Below, piece after piece: positions 1-8,757 of a stretch of DNA of 64,000 bases (position 1 is its first letter; every line of letters starts with the position of its first letter). A program made the position numbers and the translations under genes. The DNA lies in the NCBI GenBank assembly GCA_050303195.1, contig JBNLBG010000006.1, positions 953 to 64,952 of the forward strand. The letters run 5' to 3'. The notes under the pieces were generated by a model. It saw nothing but the letters and a program-made list of their open reading frames with translations. It did no database searches and was not told the origin of the DNA. The stretch is from Allomuricauda sp. (GTDB lineage Bacteria; Bacteroidota; Bacteroidia; Flavobacteriales; Flavobacteriaceae).

Positions 1-480
1 ATGGGACTGACCATTCCATCGTATTCCCAAGTTGTTAAAACTGAAGAGCTTTCAGAAGTAATTGTCTATGCTACCAATTACAAGTATCTCAGCAATGTAA
101 ACTCACAAGAGGTTACATCAATTCCAGTGACTGCACTGGAACGAAAAGTTGCAGCGTATGATATCAAAAACTCCGACATCTACATGGATGAGTATGATTA
201 TTATACAGTGACCTTTTACATCCCTGAGGGAAAAATTTTGGCTGCTTATGATAAAGACGGCAAGATTATTAGAACTGCCGAAAAATTTAAGGACATCAAC
301 CTCCCCGTTACCGTAAAAGAAGCTGTGTTGGAAAGATTCCCTGAATGGACCATTACCAAAGATATTTATTTGGTAACCTACCATGAAGACAAGGGCATCA
401 ACAAAAAGTACAAACTTAAATTGGTCAACGGTGACAAAGTATTACGAGTAAAATTGGATGCTGGAGGTAACTTCCTGTAG
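1..480 (+). CDS. hypothetical exported protein, PepSY-like fold suspected; may continue upstream of the window
   Basis: ORF is open from base 1 to the stop at 478-480. The C-terminal ...KYKLKLVNGDKVLRVKLDAGGNFL resembles PepSY-like modules. No catalytic motif seen. Confidence 0.35.
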   Translation: MGLTIPSYSQVVKTEELSEVIVYATNYKYLSNVNSQEVTSIPVTALERKVAAYDIKNSDIYMDEYDYYTVTFYIPEGKILAAYDKDGKIIRTAEKFKDINLPVTVKEAVLERFPEWTITKDIYLVTYHEDKGINKKYKLKLVNGDKVLRVKLDAGGNFL

Positions 481-515
481 TCTTTACAAAACAATAACCT
501 AAAAGGTTTAAAACA

Positions 516-731
516 ATGTCAGTATTAAAAGTAATTGAAATCCTAGGAAACTCAACGGTGAGTTTTGAGGATGCCGTTCAGAACATTATCACGGAAGCGT
601 CAAAAACCGTGAGAGAAATCAAGTCTGTCTATATCAAGGACATGCAAGTAACTGTGGACAACAATAAAATTTCCCAATATCGTGTAAATGCGAAAGTTTC
701 CTTTGCTATTGCTGATGATATGGACAACTAA
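516..731 (+). CDS. dodecin family flavin-binding protein
   Basis: 71 aa. VIEILGNSTVSFEDAVQNIITEASKTVREIKSVYIKDMQVTV...YRVNAKVSF follows the dodecin pattern in size and beta-alpha-beta-beta layout. Followed by a strong terminator. Confidence 0.7.
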   Translation: MSVLKVIEILGNSTVSFEDAVQNIITEASKTVREIKSVYIKDMQVTVDNNKISQYRVNAKVSFAIADDMDN

Positions 732-738
732 CCATTTT

Positions 739-779
739 GGGCGCATTCTTTTTAGTGTGGAATGCGCCCGGATTTTTTT
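739..779 (+). terminator. Rho-independent terminator after the dodecin gene
   Basis: Perfect 10-bp GC-rich stem gggcgcattc (739-748) / gaatgcgccc (760-769), 11-nt loop, then a T7 run at 773-779. Confidence 0.85.
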
Positions 780-825
780 GCCCTGGGGTTACGTTGAATA
801 GGTCCCAAACCTTAAATCGTACTAT

Positions 826-1458
826 TTAGCTGAAATTCTGGGATTCCTCAAAATATCGTATGGCCTCTTCATCCGTCACTTTATCAAACTCATCATAAAA
901 TTGACCCACTGCCCTAAAATTGTTAGGCACCAAAAGACAAATGACCTCTTCAACATTGGTCGAGTTCTTTAGTTTTTGAATGGCACTTTTGGGAGCAACG
1001 GGAACGGCCACCACTATTTTATGAGGTTGTTGTTTCTTTACCAACTCCACCGATGCCAACAAAGTGTTGCCTGTAGCGATACCATCATCTAGGATGATCA
1101 CTGTTTTGTCTTTAAGGTTTTGAGGTTGTCTACCCTTATGGTATGAATCATGTAGTTCCCTTAACCTTTCCCGGATTCTTTGGGTTTCACGCGCAATATA
1201 GTCCCGTGTTACAGTGACCGCATCGTTTAGTATAATATCTTCAAGGCTTACGGCCCCAATAGCGTATTCTTTCTGAAAGGGATGGCCTATCTTTTTGGTG
1301 AGTACTACATCCAAAGGAGCTTTAAGGGCTTTGGCCACAATGCTCCCTAATGGAAGTCCCCCCCGGGGGATGGCCAATATCACCAAATTTTCTCCTTGAA
1401 AACCCTTCAATACTTCTGAAAGTTGTATGCCCGCATCAATCCTATTTTTAAACATCAT
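826..1458 (-). CDS. phosphoribosyltransferase family protein
   Basis: 210 aa. PRPP-binding motif VIILDDGIATGNT. Last gene of a three-gene minus-strand operon. Confidence 0.8.
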   Translation of the reverse strand: MMFKNRIDAGIQLSEVLKGFQGENLVILAIPRGGLPLGSIVAKALKAPLDVVLTKKIGHPFQKEYAIGAVSLEDIILNDAVTVTRDYIARETQRIRERLRELHDSYHKGRQPQNLKDKTVIILDDGIATGNTLLASVELVKKQQPHKIVVAVPVAPKSAIQKLKNSTNVEEVICLLVPNNFRAVGQFYDEFDKVTDEEAIRYFEESQNFS

Positions 1459-1466
1459 CCAGTTTT

Positions 1467-2114
1467 TTATTCAAGATATTGGGAAAACCATGCTGCTGTT
1501 AGTTCCGCTACTTCTTCAAGCTTGCCAGGTTCTCCAAACAAATGTGTTGCTTTTGGGATTATTTGAAGCTCACATTTGCACTGCAGTTTCTCCATAGCTT
1601 TCCTGTTGAGCTCCAATACCTCTTGGTCCCAACTCCCAACCAACAATAAAGTTGGCGCCAACACTTTATGCAAATAAGGCATGGCCAAATCAGGGCGTCC
1701 ACCACGTGATACCACAGCACCAATCTCTTCACCATAAAAAGCCGCTGCCCGCAATGCGGAAGCACTTCCTGTACTGGCCCCAAAGTAACCGATATGCATT
1801 TCCTTCGTCTCTTTCTGGGATTTTACCCAATGGGTAACATCAATCAAACGAAGTGTGAGAAGGTCAATGTTGAAACGGTTTTCATAAACCCGGTCCTCCT
1901 CTTCCGTTAGTAGATCAAAGAGTAAGGTAGCAAGGCCTTCTCTTTGTAATATCCCGGCCACAAAGTTGTTTCTGGAACTGAACCTACTGCTTCCGCTACC
2001 GTGGGAAAAAATGACAATGCTTGTGGCCCCCTCAGGAATGCAGAGATTACCCTGAAGTGCCAATCCATCCAACCTAATGGTCACTGGAATTTTTTTTGCT
2101 GCCAATGACATCAT
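1467..2114 (-). CDS. dienelactone hydrolase / alpha-beta hydrolase family protein
   Basis: 215 aa. Nucleophile elbow GASTG in YFGASTGSASAL and an HGSG oxyanion region. ATGA start/stop overlap with the upstream gene at 2111-2114. Confidence 0.75.
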   Translation of the reverse strand: MMSLAAKKIPVTIRLDGLALQGNLCIPEGATSIVIFSHGSGSSRFSSRNNFVAGILQREGLATLLFDLLTEEEDRVYENRFNIDLLTLRLIDVTHWVKSQKETKEMHIGYFGASTGSASALRAAAFYGEEIGAVVSRGGRPDLAMPYLHKVLAPTLLLVGSWDQEVLELNRKAMEKLQCKCELQIIPKATHLFGEPGKLEEVAELTAAWFSQYLE

Positions 2115-3295
2115 ACCACAACCGCTTTTGCATTACCTTTTTTCAGTACAAAGAGCAATATAATTCCGCCGTAAGCTACAGCCAATACGATTACGGAAAA
2201 CAAGAGTCCTATAAATGGTACCAGCGTCAATAATCGAAGTATCATTGCAATGGCAAGAGAGAGGAACAAAACACCCCAAAAACCCATTGAGCCCTTGTTT
2301 ACCAAATTCCAATAATGCGAGGCAATGGACGCTGCCACCAAGTGTCCAAAAAAGATGCTGAACAGGTAGAACGACAACAAGAACAAACCTATGGGAATAC
2401 CTATAATGATTACAAAGGTGATACCTATTACCAATGGAAAACCTAAAATATAGATCAGCCCATAACCAAACCCTCTCCAAAAGTCGCCCTCCAAGTTGTC
2501 AGCAGCCCTTTTAAAATATTTTCTGAAGGCCAAGTGCAATAACAACAATACCAAAAATGCGGAAAGCACATAAAAAATCCAGAAGCCCAGTGAAGCAATT
2601 CCAAGGGCTTTCCAAGAAAATTCATTCCGTTCTTTCATAAGGTCTTGGTTAAAATGTGCAGAAGAATTGACCAGTGTATTGCCAAAATCAATTTCACCTG
2701 CTTCCGCCCAGTATTCCACATCTCCAAAGAACTGGGCAGTCTCTCCTATCTTTATTTCATCGGCCACTATCTTGGATTTTCCGTGTATTTGTCCGCTAAT
2801 GCTGATATCTCCTCCGTAGAGTTCCATACCTTGGCCAACCTTTCCATTAAAATCCAAATCACCGCCATAGGCCTTTACCATACCATCTACCTCACCTTCC
2901 ACGGTAATTTTTCCTGAGAAATTCACCAAGTTTCCATGTATCTTGGCATTGTCAGTGACAAACACCTCTCCACCAAAAACAATGACATCATCGGCCACTT
3001 CGTTTGAAATAGTCAATTTTCCAGCCATGGCTCTGACGTCATCTCCAATGGGTCCCATGACCAATACATTACCCCCGGCCACTAACAAATCTTGTTGCAA
3101 GCTATCGCGAACCCTGATTTCACTTCCGGCCACCACGAAATCACCATTGATTTTGGATTCCATGTTAATGATTTCACCTGCTGCGTAAAGGTCGTCCTCC
3201 TGATTTTCAGATATGGTAATGGTTTCATCTGCCTTGAACTGCCCCCATAAAAATAATGGTGCAAAAATTGTCAAAAAGACTAGTTGTGTTCTCAT
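2111..3295 (-). CDS. membrane protein with an N-terminal bactofilin-like (polymer-forming) repeat region and a C-terminal multi-TM domain
   Basis: 394 aa. Signal-like N-terminus. About 200 aa of repeated G-x-V/I-x-G-D/N beta-helix-like units (INGDFVVAGSEIRV, VAGGNVLVMGPIGDDV, FGGEVFVTDNAKIHGNL ...), then 4-5 hydrophobic helices. Confidence 0.6.
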   Translation of the reverse strand: MRTQLVFLTIFAPLFLWGQFKADETITISENQEDDLYAAGEIINMESKINGDFVVAGSEIRVRDSLQQDLLVAGGNVLVMGPIGDDVRAMAGKLTISNEVADDVIVFGGEVFVTDNAKIHGNLVNFSGKITVEGEVDGMVKAYGGDLDFNGKVGQGMELYGGDISISGQIHGKSKIVADEIKIGETAQFFGDVEYWAEAGEIDFGNTLVNSSAHFNQDLMKERNEFSWKALGIASLGFWIFYVLSAFLVLLLLHLAFRKYFKRAADNLEGDFWRGFGYGLIYILGFPLVIGITFVIIIGIPIGLFLLSFYLFSIFFGHLVAASIASHYWNLVNKGSMGFWGVLFLSLAIAMILRLLTLVPFIGLLFSVIVLAVAYGGIILLFVLKKGNAKAVVV

Positions 3296-3347
3296 GAGCT
3301 TTTTTTTAAATGACCTTTAAAGTTCCTGATAATAAGCCACTAACGAA

Positions 3348-3361
3348 ATGACCTGCATCAG
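3348..3361. promoter_or_regulatory. FNR/CRP-type box ATGACCTGCATCAG (TGA-N6-TCA), candidate for the minus-strand operon starting at 3295
   Basis: Centre 3354.5 lies 29.5 nt from the first base of the -7-like octamer GAACTTTA read on the minus strand (3325-3318), 22 nt before the ATG at 3295. This is the weakest -7 match in the set. Confidence 0.4.
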
Positions 3362-3382
3362 TAGAACACTTTAATCATCCAA

Positions 3383-3396
3383 TTGACGATTGTCAT
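3383..3396. promoter_or_regulatory. FNR/CRP-type box TTGACGATTGTCAT upstream of the hemG-like gene
   Basis: TTGA-N6-TCA core. Centre 3389.5 lies 29.5 nt from the -7-like TACATTTA (3419-3426), which is 37 nt before the ATG at 3464. Confidence 0.55.
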
Positions 3397-3463
3397 TTCA
3401 GCAGCAAACAACATCTTTTACATTTACAACGATTCAATGCATTCAATCTAAAATCTTACACCC

Positions 3464-3985
3464 ATGAAAATTTTAATTGTTTATGCCACCGGTGAGGGAC
3501 AGACCCGGAAAATAGCCCGTTTTATGGAAGAGGTCCTTCAAGCTGAGAACCACAGCGTGGTAATTGCCGATGCCACCGAAGAGCCGCCATCACCGGAAAA
3601 TTTTGATGCGGTGCTGGTCGGTAGTTCCATTCATATTCAGAAGTATCACTCCTCCATTAAAGATTATGTCATGCAAAATGTGGATGAACTCAATAAAAAA
3701 CCGTCTGCCTTCTTTTCTGTTTCCATGGCCATAGCATCAGATATTGAGGAAGAACATAAAGAAGTGGAGAAAATAGCGCAGCGCTTTTTGGACCAAACGG
3801 GATGGAAGCCCAAGGAAATCAATCATATCGCCGGAGCGCTCAAGTATACCCAATACGACTATTTTAAAAGGCTTATTATGCGTATGATCGCCAAGAAAGA
3901 AGGGGGCTCCACAGATACTTCAAAAGATCACGAATATACAGATTGGGATGCGGTCCGGTCTTTTGTGCTGGATTTTGCCAAATAA
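3464..3985 (+). CDS. hemG: flavodoxin-domain protein, HemG-like (menaquinone-dependent protoporphyrinogen oxidase type)
   Basis: 173 aa. MKILIVYATGEGQTRKIA flavodoxin N-terminus. IAGALKYTQYDYFKRLIMRMIAKKEGGSTDTSKDHEYTDWDAV parallels the long-loop region of E. coli HemG as I recall it. Confidence 0.6.
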   Translation: MKILIVYATGEGQTRKIARFMEEVLQAENHSVVIADATEEPPSPENFDAVLVGSSIHIQKYHSSIKDYVMQNVDELNKKPSAFFSVSMAIASDIEEEHKEVEKIAQRFLDQTGWKPKEINHIAGALKYTQYDYFKRLIMRMIAKKEGGSTDTSKDHEYTDWDAVRSFVLDFAK

Positions 3986-4056
3986 ACTGGTTTCAATTTT
4001 CTGATTACTTTTAGGGATATTGTTCAATCTTTAAATTGACCTAAATCCACCATTGC

Positions 4057-4710
4057 ATGATAATCCATCGTTTTGATTCTGAAAACTCCATCCTCAATAC
4101 CTTCATGGCAGAAATACGGGATAAAAACATTCAGAAAGATGCCATGAGGTTCCGAAGGAACATTGAACGTATTGGTGAAGTGCTTGCTTATGAATTGAGC
4201 AAAACACTGGATTATAAAGCTGTTATGATCGAAACCCCATTTGGAACAAAGAAAAGCTCGCAAACTATAGATTCCTTGGTACTTTGCTCTGTACTCCGTG
4301 CTGGGTTGCCTTTACACCATGGTATTTTAAATTATTTTGATGGAGCAGAGAATGCATTTATTTCTGCCTACAGGCACCATCCTGATGGTGGAGACGACTT
4401 TGAGGTTATTGTAAAATATTTTGCAGCGCCTTCACTGGAGGGCAAAACCTTGGTTTTAACCGACCCTATGTTGGCAACGGGAAAGACTTTGGAAAATGTA
4501 TTGAAAGCTCTTAGTGGCCACGGCACACCAAAGAAAATCCATATCATTTCAGTAATTGGGTCCAAAGCGGGGGTAGCTCATGTACAAGAAGTTTTTCCAG
4601 GAGAGACCCAACTTTGGATAGCATCGATTGATGAAGAGCTCACCAGCAAGGGCTATATTATTCCAGGTCTTGGTGATGCGGGAGACCTATCCTACGGTGA
4701 AAAATTATAA
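4057..4710 (+). CDS. upp: uracil phosphoribosyltransferase
   Basis: 217 aa. LVLTDPMLATGKT PRPP motif and the C-terminal IIPGLGDAGDLSYG Upp signature. Confidence 0.9.
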   Translation: MIIHRFDSENSILNTFMAEIRDKNIQKDAMRFRRNIERIGEVLAYELSKTLDYKAVMIETPFGTKKSSQTIDSLVLCSVLRAGLPLHHGILNYFDGAENAFISAYRHHPDGGDDFEVIVKYFAAPSLEGKTLVLTDPMLATGKTLENVLKALSGHGTPKKIHIISVIGSKAGVAHVQEVFPGETQLWIASIDEELTSKGYIIPGLGDAGDLSYGEKL

Positions 4711-6075
4711 CAGGATTTCTACCACTTCATGAAGCACAGGAATATGGCAACGCCAACCATACGTTTCATGTATCTTGTCTTTGAAGGCATGTAAGGCATC
4801 ATTTTCCCCGTGGATCAAATAAACTTTTTCTGGAATGTTTTTAATAGAACCCATCCAATGCAGCAGTTCGCTTTGGTCTGCATGCGCGGATAGACTTTCC
4901 AAGTGTTCCACTTTTGCCTTCACGGGAATGAATTTTCCAAACATTTTCAATTCTTGGGCGCCTTCCAACAGTTTCCGCCCCCGGGTTTCTTCCGCTTGAT
5001 ACCCCACAAGCAAAACGGTAGTGGATTTTACATCCATTAATTGTTTTAAATAGGTTAACACCCTACCCCCTGTAACCATACCGCTCCCTGCGATCACAAT
5101 TTTGGGTCGTGGGTCATCAATGGTTTCCCAAGTTTCCCGATACGAACTTACTAAGTTTACATGGTTGCACATGTTGTGATATTCACTCATGGAAAGCTTG
5201 TGCCATTCTGGAAAGCTTCCAAATACCTCCAAAACATTGGTGCCCATGGGACTATCCACAAAAATGGGAATGTTGGGAATCTTGTTTTTGTCATACAGTT
5301 TCCAGAGCAAATACATTAAGGATTGTAAACGTTCCACCGCAAAAGAGGGAATAATCAAGGTGCTACGATTCTGCAGCGTTCGTTCAGCCAAATTTTTAAA
5401 AATGGCCTCCAAATCTTCTACAGGATGGTCTTTATCCCCGTATGTGCTCTCCACAAAAAGATAATCTGCCCATTCCGGTCGCAGAGGTGCATCCAACAAG
5501 TCATCTTTCAATCGGCCCACATCTCCAGAAAAGACAAGTACTTTCCCATGAATATTCAGTTCAATAAAAGTAGACCCGATAATGTGCCCATTGCGCTTAA
5601 AACATGCATTGTAATTTGGAGCTAGTTCAATGTTCTCCCCTTCTTCAATACTCTTAAAATACTTCAGGGTTCGTTTTACATCTTCTTGATCATAGAGTGG
5701 CAAAGCTGGGTCATGACTACTGTATCCCTCTTTGTTGGCCCTTTCGGCCTCTTCCTCATGTATTTTGGCACTGTCCTGCAATATAATTTCAGCAATGGCC
5801 AAGGTAGGGGCCGTTCCAAGAATATCCCCCACAAAACCCTGTTTTACCAAAAGAGGGAGGTACCCACAATGGTCCAAGTGTCCATGGGTCAACAACACTA
5901 GGTCTAGTTTGGAGACATCGATGGGAAGAGGCAGCCAATTTTGTTGTCGAAGCTCCTTACTTCCTTGGAACACACCACAATCCACCAATATATTGACATC
6001 TTCAGTCTGCAGATAAAATTTAGAACCGGTCACGGTGCCAGATCCTCCCAAAAAATGGACTTTTAGCTTTTTCAT
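4705..6075 (-). CDS. MBL-fold metallo-hydrolase, beta-CASP family (RNA/DNA-metabolising nuclease type)
   Basis: 456 aa. HGHLDHCG (HxHxDH) motif, a beta-CASP insert and the C-terminal SAHADQSELLHW motif. Its 3' end overlaps the convergent upp by 6 nt. Confidence 0.85.
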   Translation of the reverse strand: MKKLKVHFLGGSGTVTGSKFYLQTEDVNILVDCGVFQGSKELRQQNWLPLPIDVSKLDLVLLTHGHLDHCGYLPLLVKQGFVGDILGTAPTLAIAEIILQDSAKIHEEEAERANKEGYSSHDPALPLYDQEDVKRTLKYFKSIEEGENIELAPNYNACFKRNGHIIGSTFIELNIHGKVLVFSGDVGRLKDDLLDAPLRPEWADYLFVESTYGDKDHPVEDLEAIFKNLAERTLQNRSTLIIPSFAVERLQSLMYLLWKLYDKNKIPNIPIFVDSPMGTNVLEVFGSFPEWHKLSMSEYHNMCNHVNLVSSYRETWETIDDPRPKIVIAGSGMVTGGRVLTYLKQLMDVKSTTVLLVGYQAEETRGRKLLEGAQELKMFGKFIPVKAKVEHLESLSAHADQSELLHWMGSIKNIPEKVYLIHGENDALHAFKDKIHETYGWRCHIPVLHEVVEILL

Positions 6076-6084
6076 AGAGCGCGT

Positions 6085-6927
6085 TTAACCACTGCACAGT
6101 GATTTCATTTCTTTAATGATTCTTTCCTTTCTTCCATTGGAAACGCCCAAATGATCCAAATAGAATACTTCTTCCCGCAATTGCCGACAGAGTACCACAT
6201 TTCTATCCAAAAGAAATTGCTTTTCCCTGTTGGTGAGCAGGGTGGAAACGGTTATTGGATAGAGCCCCAAACAATCAATCCGGTCCTTCAGTCCATCGCC
6301 CATAGGATAATCCCAACTCAAGAGATACAATCCCACACATTTTCCGTATTGCAAGGCGTCTGCCGTAAAGCGTGTATTTGTTACCACCCAACCCAATGTA
6401 TCTTCGAAATCCTTATTCTTTTGGGCTTGAAGAAATCCTTTTACATCATTATATCGGGAGTTGATGTACAAGGGCACCTTTACATTGCAATTAAGGCCTC
6501 CCTCCCCATGGAACTTGCATTCGATGATGTTAAGGGTTCCATTTTTTATGGCCAGTACGTCGATTTCATGGGAAACACAATCACCCTGAAGCTCTTCACC
6601 AACCTTGGTCCGGTATCCGGAATAATGCAAAATTCCTGCAAGAAAACGTTCAAATGGAAATCCTGTGGGGCCCAACTCGTAAATGGCCTTTTTTAGTTTG
6701 TATTTTGAAGCATAGACCGATTTGGCCTTTTTTAATAAAGCAAATGCCCGATTGTAGATTTCCCCGGTTGTAATCTCTGGGTAAAGCTCGTCCATGACCT
6801 GATCCACAATTTTATTGACCACAGAATGAGTGGCTCCACTGGATTTTAGGGAGTTTCGTAACTTGTCAACAGAAAATTTGGTCTTTTCTCCCGTAGATTT
6901 TATAATATCGAATTCCTTCTCTTTCAT
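6085..6927 (-). CDS. ATP-cone domain fused to a PD-(D/E)xK (Mrr-like restriction endonuclease fold) domain
   Basis: 280 aa. The N-terminal about 90 aa (IIKSTGEKTKFSVDKLRNSLKSSG...IYNRAFALLKK) is ATP-cone-like. The core HEIDVLAIKNGTLNIIECKF supplies D...ExK. Ends 9 nt upstream of the beta-CASP gene. Confidence 0.7.
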   Translation of the reverse strand: MKEKEFDIIKSTGEKTKFSVDKLRNSLKSSGATHSVVNKIVDQVMDELYPEITTGEIYNRAFALLKKAKSVYASKYKLKKAIYELGPTGFPFERFLAGILHYSGYRTKVGEELQGDCVSHEIDVLAIKNGTLNIIECKFHGEGGLNCNVKVPLYINSRYNDVKGFLQAQKNKDFEDTLGWVVTNTRFTADALQYGKCVGLYLLSWDYPMGDGLKDRIDCLGLYPITVSTLLTNREKQFLLDRNVVLCRQLREEVFYLDHLGVSNGRKERIIKEMKSLCSG

Positions 6928-6986
6928 CTCTCTAAAATAGTATCAATTACAGTATGGCTCAAATTAAGGAAGTGATTTACAATTGG

Positions 6987-7967
6987 CTAATCCTTATTCT
7001 CCTTACTTGCCGCTTTTTCTTGTTTTCTAAAATACCTCCGGGTCAAAAAATTATGTTTTAGGGCTTCCATATTTTCATTAAAACGTGCCGTTCCTTCCTC
7101 TATGTTTTGCATGGTTCGTTCCAATTGGTTTACCAGAACAGTATCTGTCGCCAAGTAGTTTATGGTTCCTTTTCCTTTGGAAATCGTTGTGGAAAGACTA
7201 TCGAGCGTATGGGAAATTGACACCATTTTTTTGCTCGAAGCTTCCAAGTTTTCCAAAACACTTTTCATCTGCTGACCAGAAATAGAGTCGTTTAGCAGTA
7301 CATCGGCCACACTGTTTTCAAAATTAATGTCCGTTATGATGCCATTGAGCTTTTCAAGTGTGACATTTGCTTCCATGCTCATCTTTTTAAGATTGACAGA
7401 AGTTTGCAAAAGGTTATTAGACATTACCGTATCATTGAGCAATCTTCCCAAGGTGCCCTTGTTGTGTTTTAATTTCTCGGTTATTTCCAACAGGTCGGCT
7501 GTTAAAAGTGCAGCATTCTCATTAGTGACGTTCAAGGTGCTCAACATATCTTCCGCTCCTATCTTGCTGTAGGAAACAATTTGGTCTCCTGATGCAATGG
7601 GTGCGCCTGCTCCTTGCCCAGGTACAATGTTTACGATCATACTACCTACCAAACCATCTGAGCCGATACTGGCTATGGCATTCTTTCGGATATGTTGCAG
7701 CATTTTCTCTTGAATGACCATGGTAACCACAATGGTGGTGTCGTTGAACATTTCAATGGTGTTTACTGTACCAATATCAATACCGGAATACCGAACATTA
7801 TTGCCTTTCTGGAGACCATTCACATTTTTAAAAACCGCATTTATGGTAAAGGTGTTTCCAAACAGATTTTGTCTATTTCCTATAAAATAGGCCGCAAGAA
7901 CCAGCAAAATAGTCCCCAGTGTAACAAAAACCCCTAGTTTTATTTTTTCTGTTGTTGTTTTATCCAT
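6987..7967 (-). CDS. MlaD/MCE family protein (substrate-binding component of the Mla-like ABC system)
   Basis: I chose the ATG at 7967 (MDKTTTEKIKLGVFV... with a TM anchor), 4 nt after the upstream stop. The longer track ORF reaching 8054 would overlap the ATPase by 83 nt. MCE-domain-like GNNVRYSGIDIGTV. Confidence 0.8.
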   Translation of the reverse strand: MDKTTTEKIKLGVFVTLGTILLVLAAYFIGNRQNLFGNTFTINAVFKNVNGLQKGNNVRYSGIDIGTVNTIEMFNDTTIVVTMVIQEKMLQHIRKNAIASIGSDGLVGSMIVNIVPGQGAGAPIASGDQIVSYSKIGAEDMLSTLNVTNENAALLTADLLEITEKLKHNKGTLGRLLNDTVMSNNLLQTSVNLKKMSMEANVTLEKLNGIITDINFENSVADVLLNDSISGQQMKSVLENLEASSKKMVSISHTLDSLSTTISKGKGTINYLATDTVLVNQLERTMQNIEEGTARFNENMEALKHNFLTRRYFRKQEKAASKENKD

Positions 7968-7971
7968 CTCT

Positions 7972-8757
7972 TTATTTTTTAAAGAATGCCTGTACTTTTG
8001 GGTCATTGGAATTGGTAAGATCCTGAAAAGAGCCCTCAGCATAATTGATACCATCCACTAGAAGTATCATACGTTCCGAAATTACCCGGGCACAGTCCAC
8101 ATCGTGTGTAATGATCAATGAAGAGGTTCCATATTCCTTTTGGATGTTGCGCATCAGTTCTATGATTTCCTTTGAGGTGATAGGATCCAGCCCGCTTGTG
8201 GGTTCATCATACAAAATGATTTTTGGTCGCAATATGATGGCCCGTGCCAAGGCCACCCTTCTTTTCATACCGCCTGAAAGCTCTTCTGGCATCAAATCCA
8301 TGGTATGCTCCAAGCCAACACTTTTTAGCGCTTCCAAAACAAAAGGAGTGGTGTCGGTAACCACACCTATTTTCTTTTGGTGCCTTCTCATGGGGAATTC
8401 CAAGTTTTCCCTTACGGTCATGGAATCGTAAAGGGCACTTCCTTGGAACAAAAAACCAATATCCGCTCGTAGAATATCAAGTGCTTCTTGGTGGAGTTCA
8501 CTGATATCCTGTCCCATAACAATGATTTTACCAGCATCCGGTTGTTCCAAACCTACCAGACATTTTATCATGACAGATTTACCCGAACCTGATTTGCCCA
8601 TGACTACCAAATTTTCTCCTTCATACAGCCTCATGTTGAAGCCATTGAGCACGTGGTTATCCCCGAAACTTTTATGCAATCCCTCTATATGGATCATCTC
8701 CTTAAGGGTCTGTCCCGACGTGGATTTCATTGGTATTTCCTTTTCGCTTGACATCAT
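7972..8757 (-). CDS. ABC transporter ATP-binding protein (MlaF-like)
   Basis: Walker A GKSGSGKS, signature LSGGMKRRVALAR, Walker B ILYDEP. ATGA overlap with the permease gene. Confidence 0.9.
   Translation of the reverse strand: MMSSEKEIPMKSTSGQTLKEMIHIEGLHKSFGDNHVLNGFNMRLYEGENLVVMGKSGSGKSVMIKCLVGLEQPDAGKIIVMGQDISELHQEALDILRADIGFLFQGSALYDSMTVRENLEFPMRRHQKKIGVVTDTTPFVLEALKSVGLEHTMDLMPEELSGGMKRRVALARAIILRPKIILYDEPTSGLDPITSKEIIELMRNIQKEYGTSSLIITHDVDCARVISERMILLVDGINYAEGSFQDLTNSNDPKVQAFFKK

Noticed and set aside
4036-4049. TTGACCTAAATCCA upstream of upp as another FNR-type box
   Set aside because: One core mismatch (TCC instead of TCA). The 29.5-nt rule would place the -7 element beyond the upp start codon.
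7968-8054. N-terminal extensions offered by the ORF track, for MlaD (to 8054) and similarly for tesA-like (35419), nirB (51324), narK (50291), Rrf2 (57660) and the lipocalin-like gene (11304)
   Set aside because: Each extension either overlaps the neighbouring gene extensively, uses TTG, or precedes an obvious signal-peptide or conserved N-terminus that begins at an internal ATG.
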